Positions 62,830-64,000 of a DNA stretch of 64,000 nt are shown here, in pieces. Source of the stretch: Mytilus californianus (lineage: Eukaryota); NCBI RefSeq assembly GCF_021869535.1, contig NW_026262679.1, forward strand, positions 117,366,001 to 117,430,000, in the 5' to 3' direction. Under the pieces are notes generated by a model. That model was not told where the DNA came from. It made no database searches and worked only from the letters and a program-made list of their open reading frames with translations. Made by a program: the position numbers and the translations under genes. The number at the start of each line of letters is the position of its first letter. Within the stretch, counting starts at the first letter, position 1.

Positions 62830-63967
62830 AGGAGATTACATTATTACAATTATCATATAAGACTAGTTTATTTTCCTTTTACTGAAGAAATAAAAAAAAA
62901 AAAAACAAAAAACAAACTCGCTGACATATTACTTTTTGAACTTTTTTCTTGAAGTCGTGTAACATTTTTTTTCTTCAAATCTTCACATCCATTTTCATCT
63001 GAAAGACTTAACAGCCATTAAGGTATAGATTCGTATAAGCATAAATTTAAAAATTCAGTATCCGTTATGCTTTTTCATGCGTGAAATTAAATTAGTTCCA
63101 GATCATTTACCGTACAAAATGTATTGACCACGAGACTTTCTGACACGTAAGATAATTAATTGTTTTGATCTGTGTTGTCTCTACGGTATGATTTCTGATT
63201 GGCCCATTTGGTTACGTGATTATCAAATTGTATATAATTTTATCTTATCATAATTATCCCGGATAGTAAATTCATTAAAAGTTTGATGAATGGTTCTTCA
63301 GAAGCCAGTTGTCACCGCTAAGTTGCTCTTCGAGATAAGTTAACTAGAATATCAAAATAAAACAGATGTTAAATAGCACGTGGGAGGAATTGTTATCTAT
63401 GTCCGGTTTCCGCATTCGGAGTGGTTAATTACAGTAAAACCTTGACTATGATACCACACACCTCCCTCCGTTCACTAAATCCTTGTAGCGGTCTGGTACA
63501 CTAGAAGATGGTTTTTGCCATTTTCAAATTTGTCAAATTATCATAATTATGCCCAGTTTCATTGAACCGATCAATTCAAAAAGAAAAAAGTTCAATAGAA
63601 ATAATGAAAAAAAGAAATGATAATAAAAATCAAACACTACACGCACAGGCATATCTTGTACATTCACGTGACTAGTTACGAAAAAAAGTTGACGAAGACT
63701 AAATCTATCAGAGTCTAAATGGCGTGGATGTAATCAACTTGGCTCACCATATGTATTTTAAAATCTACTTAAATGCGTAAAACACTTGTGTTGCACATTA
63801 TAGTTTTCACTAAAAGCACATGAATTTATAACAATAAATTAACATTTCATACCGATATAACATGTTACTTTTATTATTCTTCCGTTAGTTTGTTTATTTT
63901 GTATTTACATTGTATCATAGGTCAAATTTATTTGTTCAGTGTATGTTCACTGGTGTTAATATGTCCT
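62830..63967. mobile_element. Possible Kolobok-type non-autonomous element
   Basis: TTAA|aggag ... gtcct|TTGA; the TIR match is only 4-6 bp. Confidence 0.3.
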
Positions 63968-64000
63968 TTGATTGAGTTAAGCTATTTCAGTTGATATTTT

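Overview
This is AT-rich eukaryotic genomic DNA with GT-AG spliced genes and dense repeats. It is most likely a bivalve; the interspersed repeat families resemble ones I recall from Mytilus (inference, not database-checked). I reconstructed three protein-coding genes by hand. (1) A minus-strand PDCD7/U11-59K-like gene, with three exons visible (4725->2042) and the rest not found, probably left of the window. (2) A complete 7-exon PTAR1 gene (4975..16602, 406 aa), head-to-head with the first gene, with ATGs only 249 bp apart. (3) A type-B carboxylesterase/cholinesterase-fold gene (core exons 29482..45878) whose nucleophile motif is GHGAG instead of GxSAG, i.e. a predicted pseudo-enzyme. The rest is introns and intergenic DNA holding many MITEs (several with readable TSDs), Helentron/HINE-like elements, minisatellites, three Penelope-like RT relics, a MULE transposase relic and a decayed Ty3/gypsy element with two nested insertions. 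The most unusual structures are a ~2.27-kb near-perfect palindrome in an esterase intron, whose inner arm sequence recurs inside the gypsy insertion, and two tandem arrays derived from splice-site junctions. All alignments and counts were done by eye, and no database searches were run.
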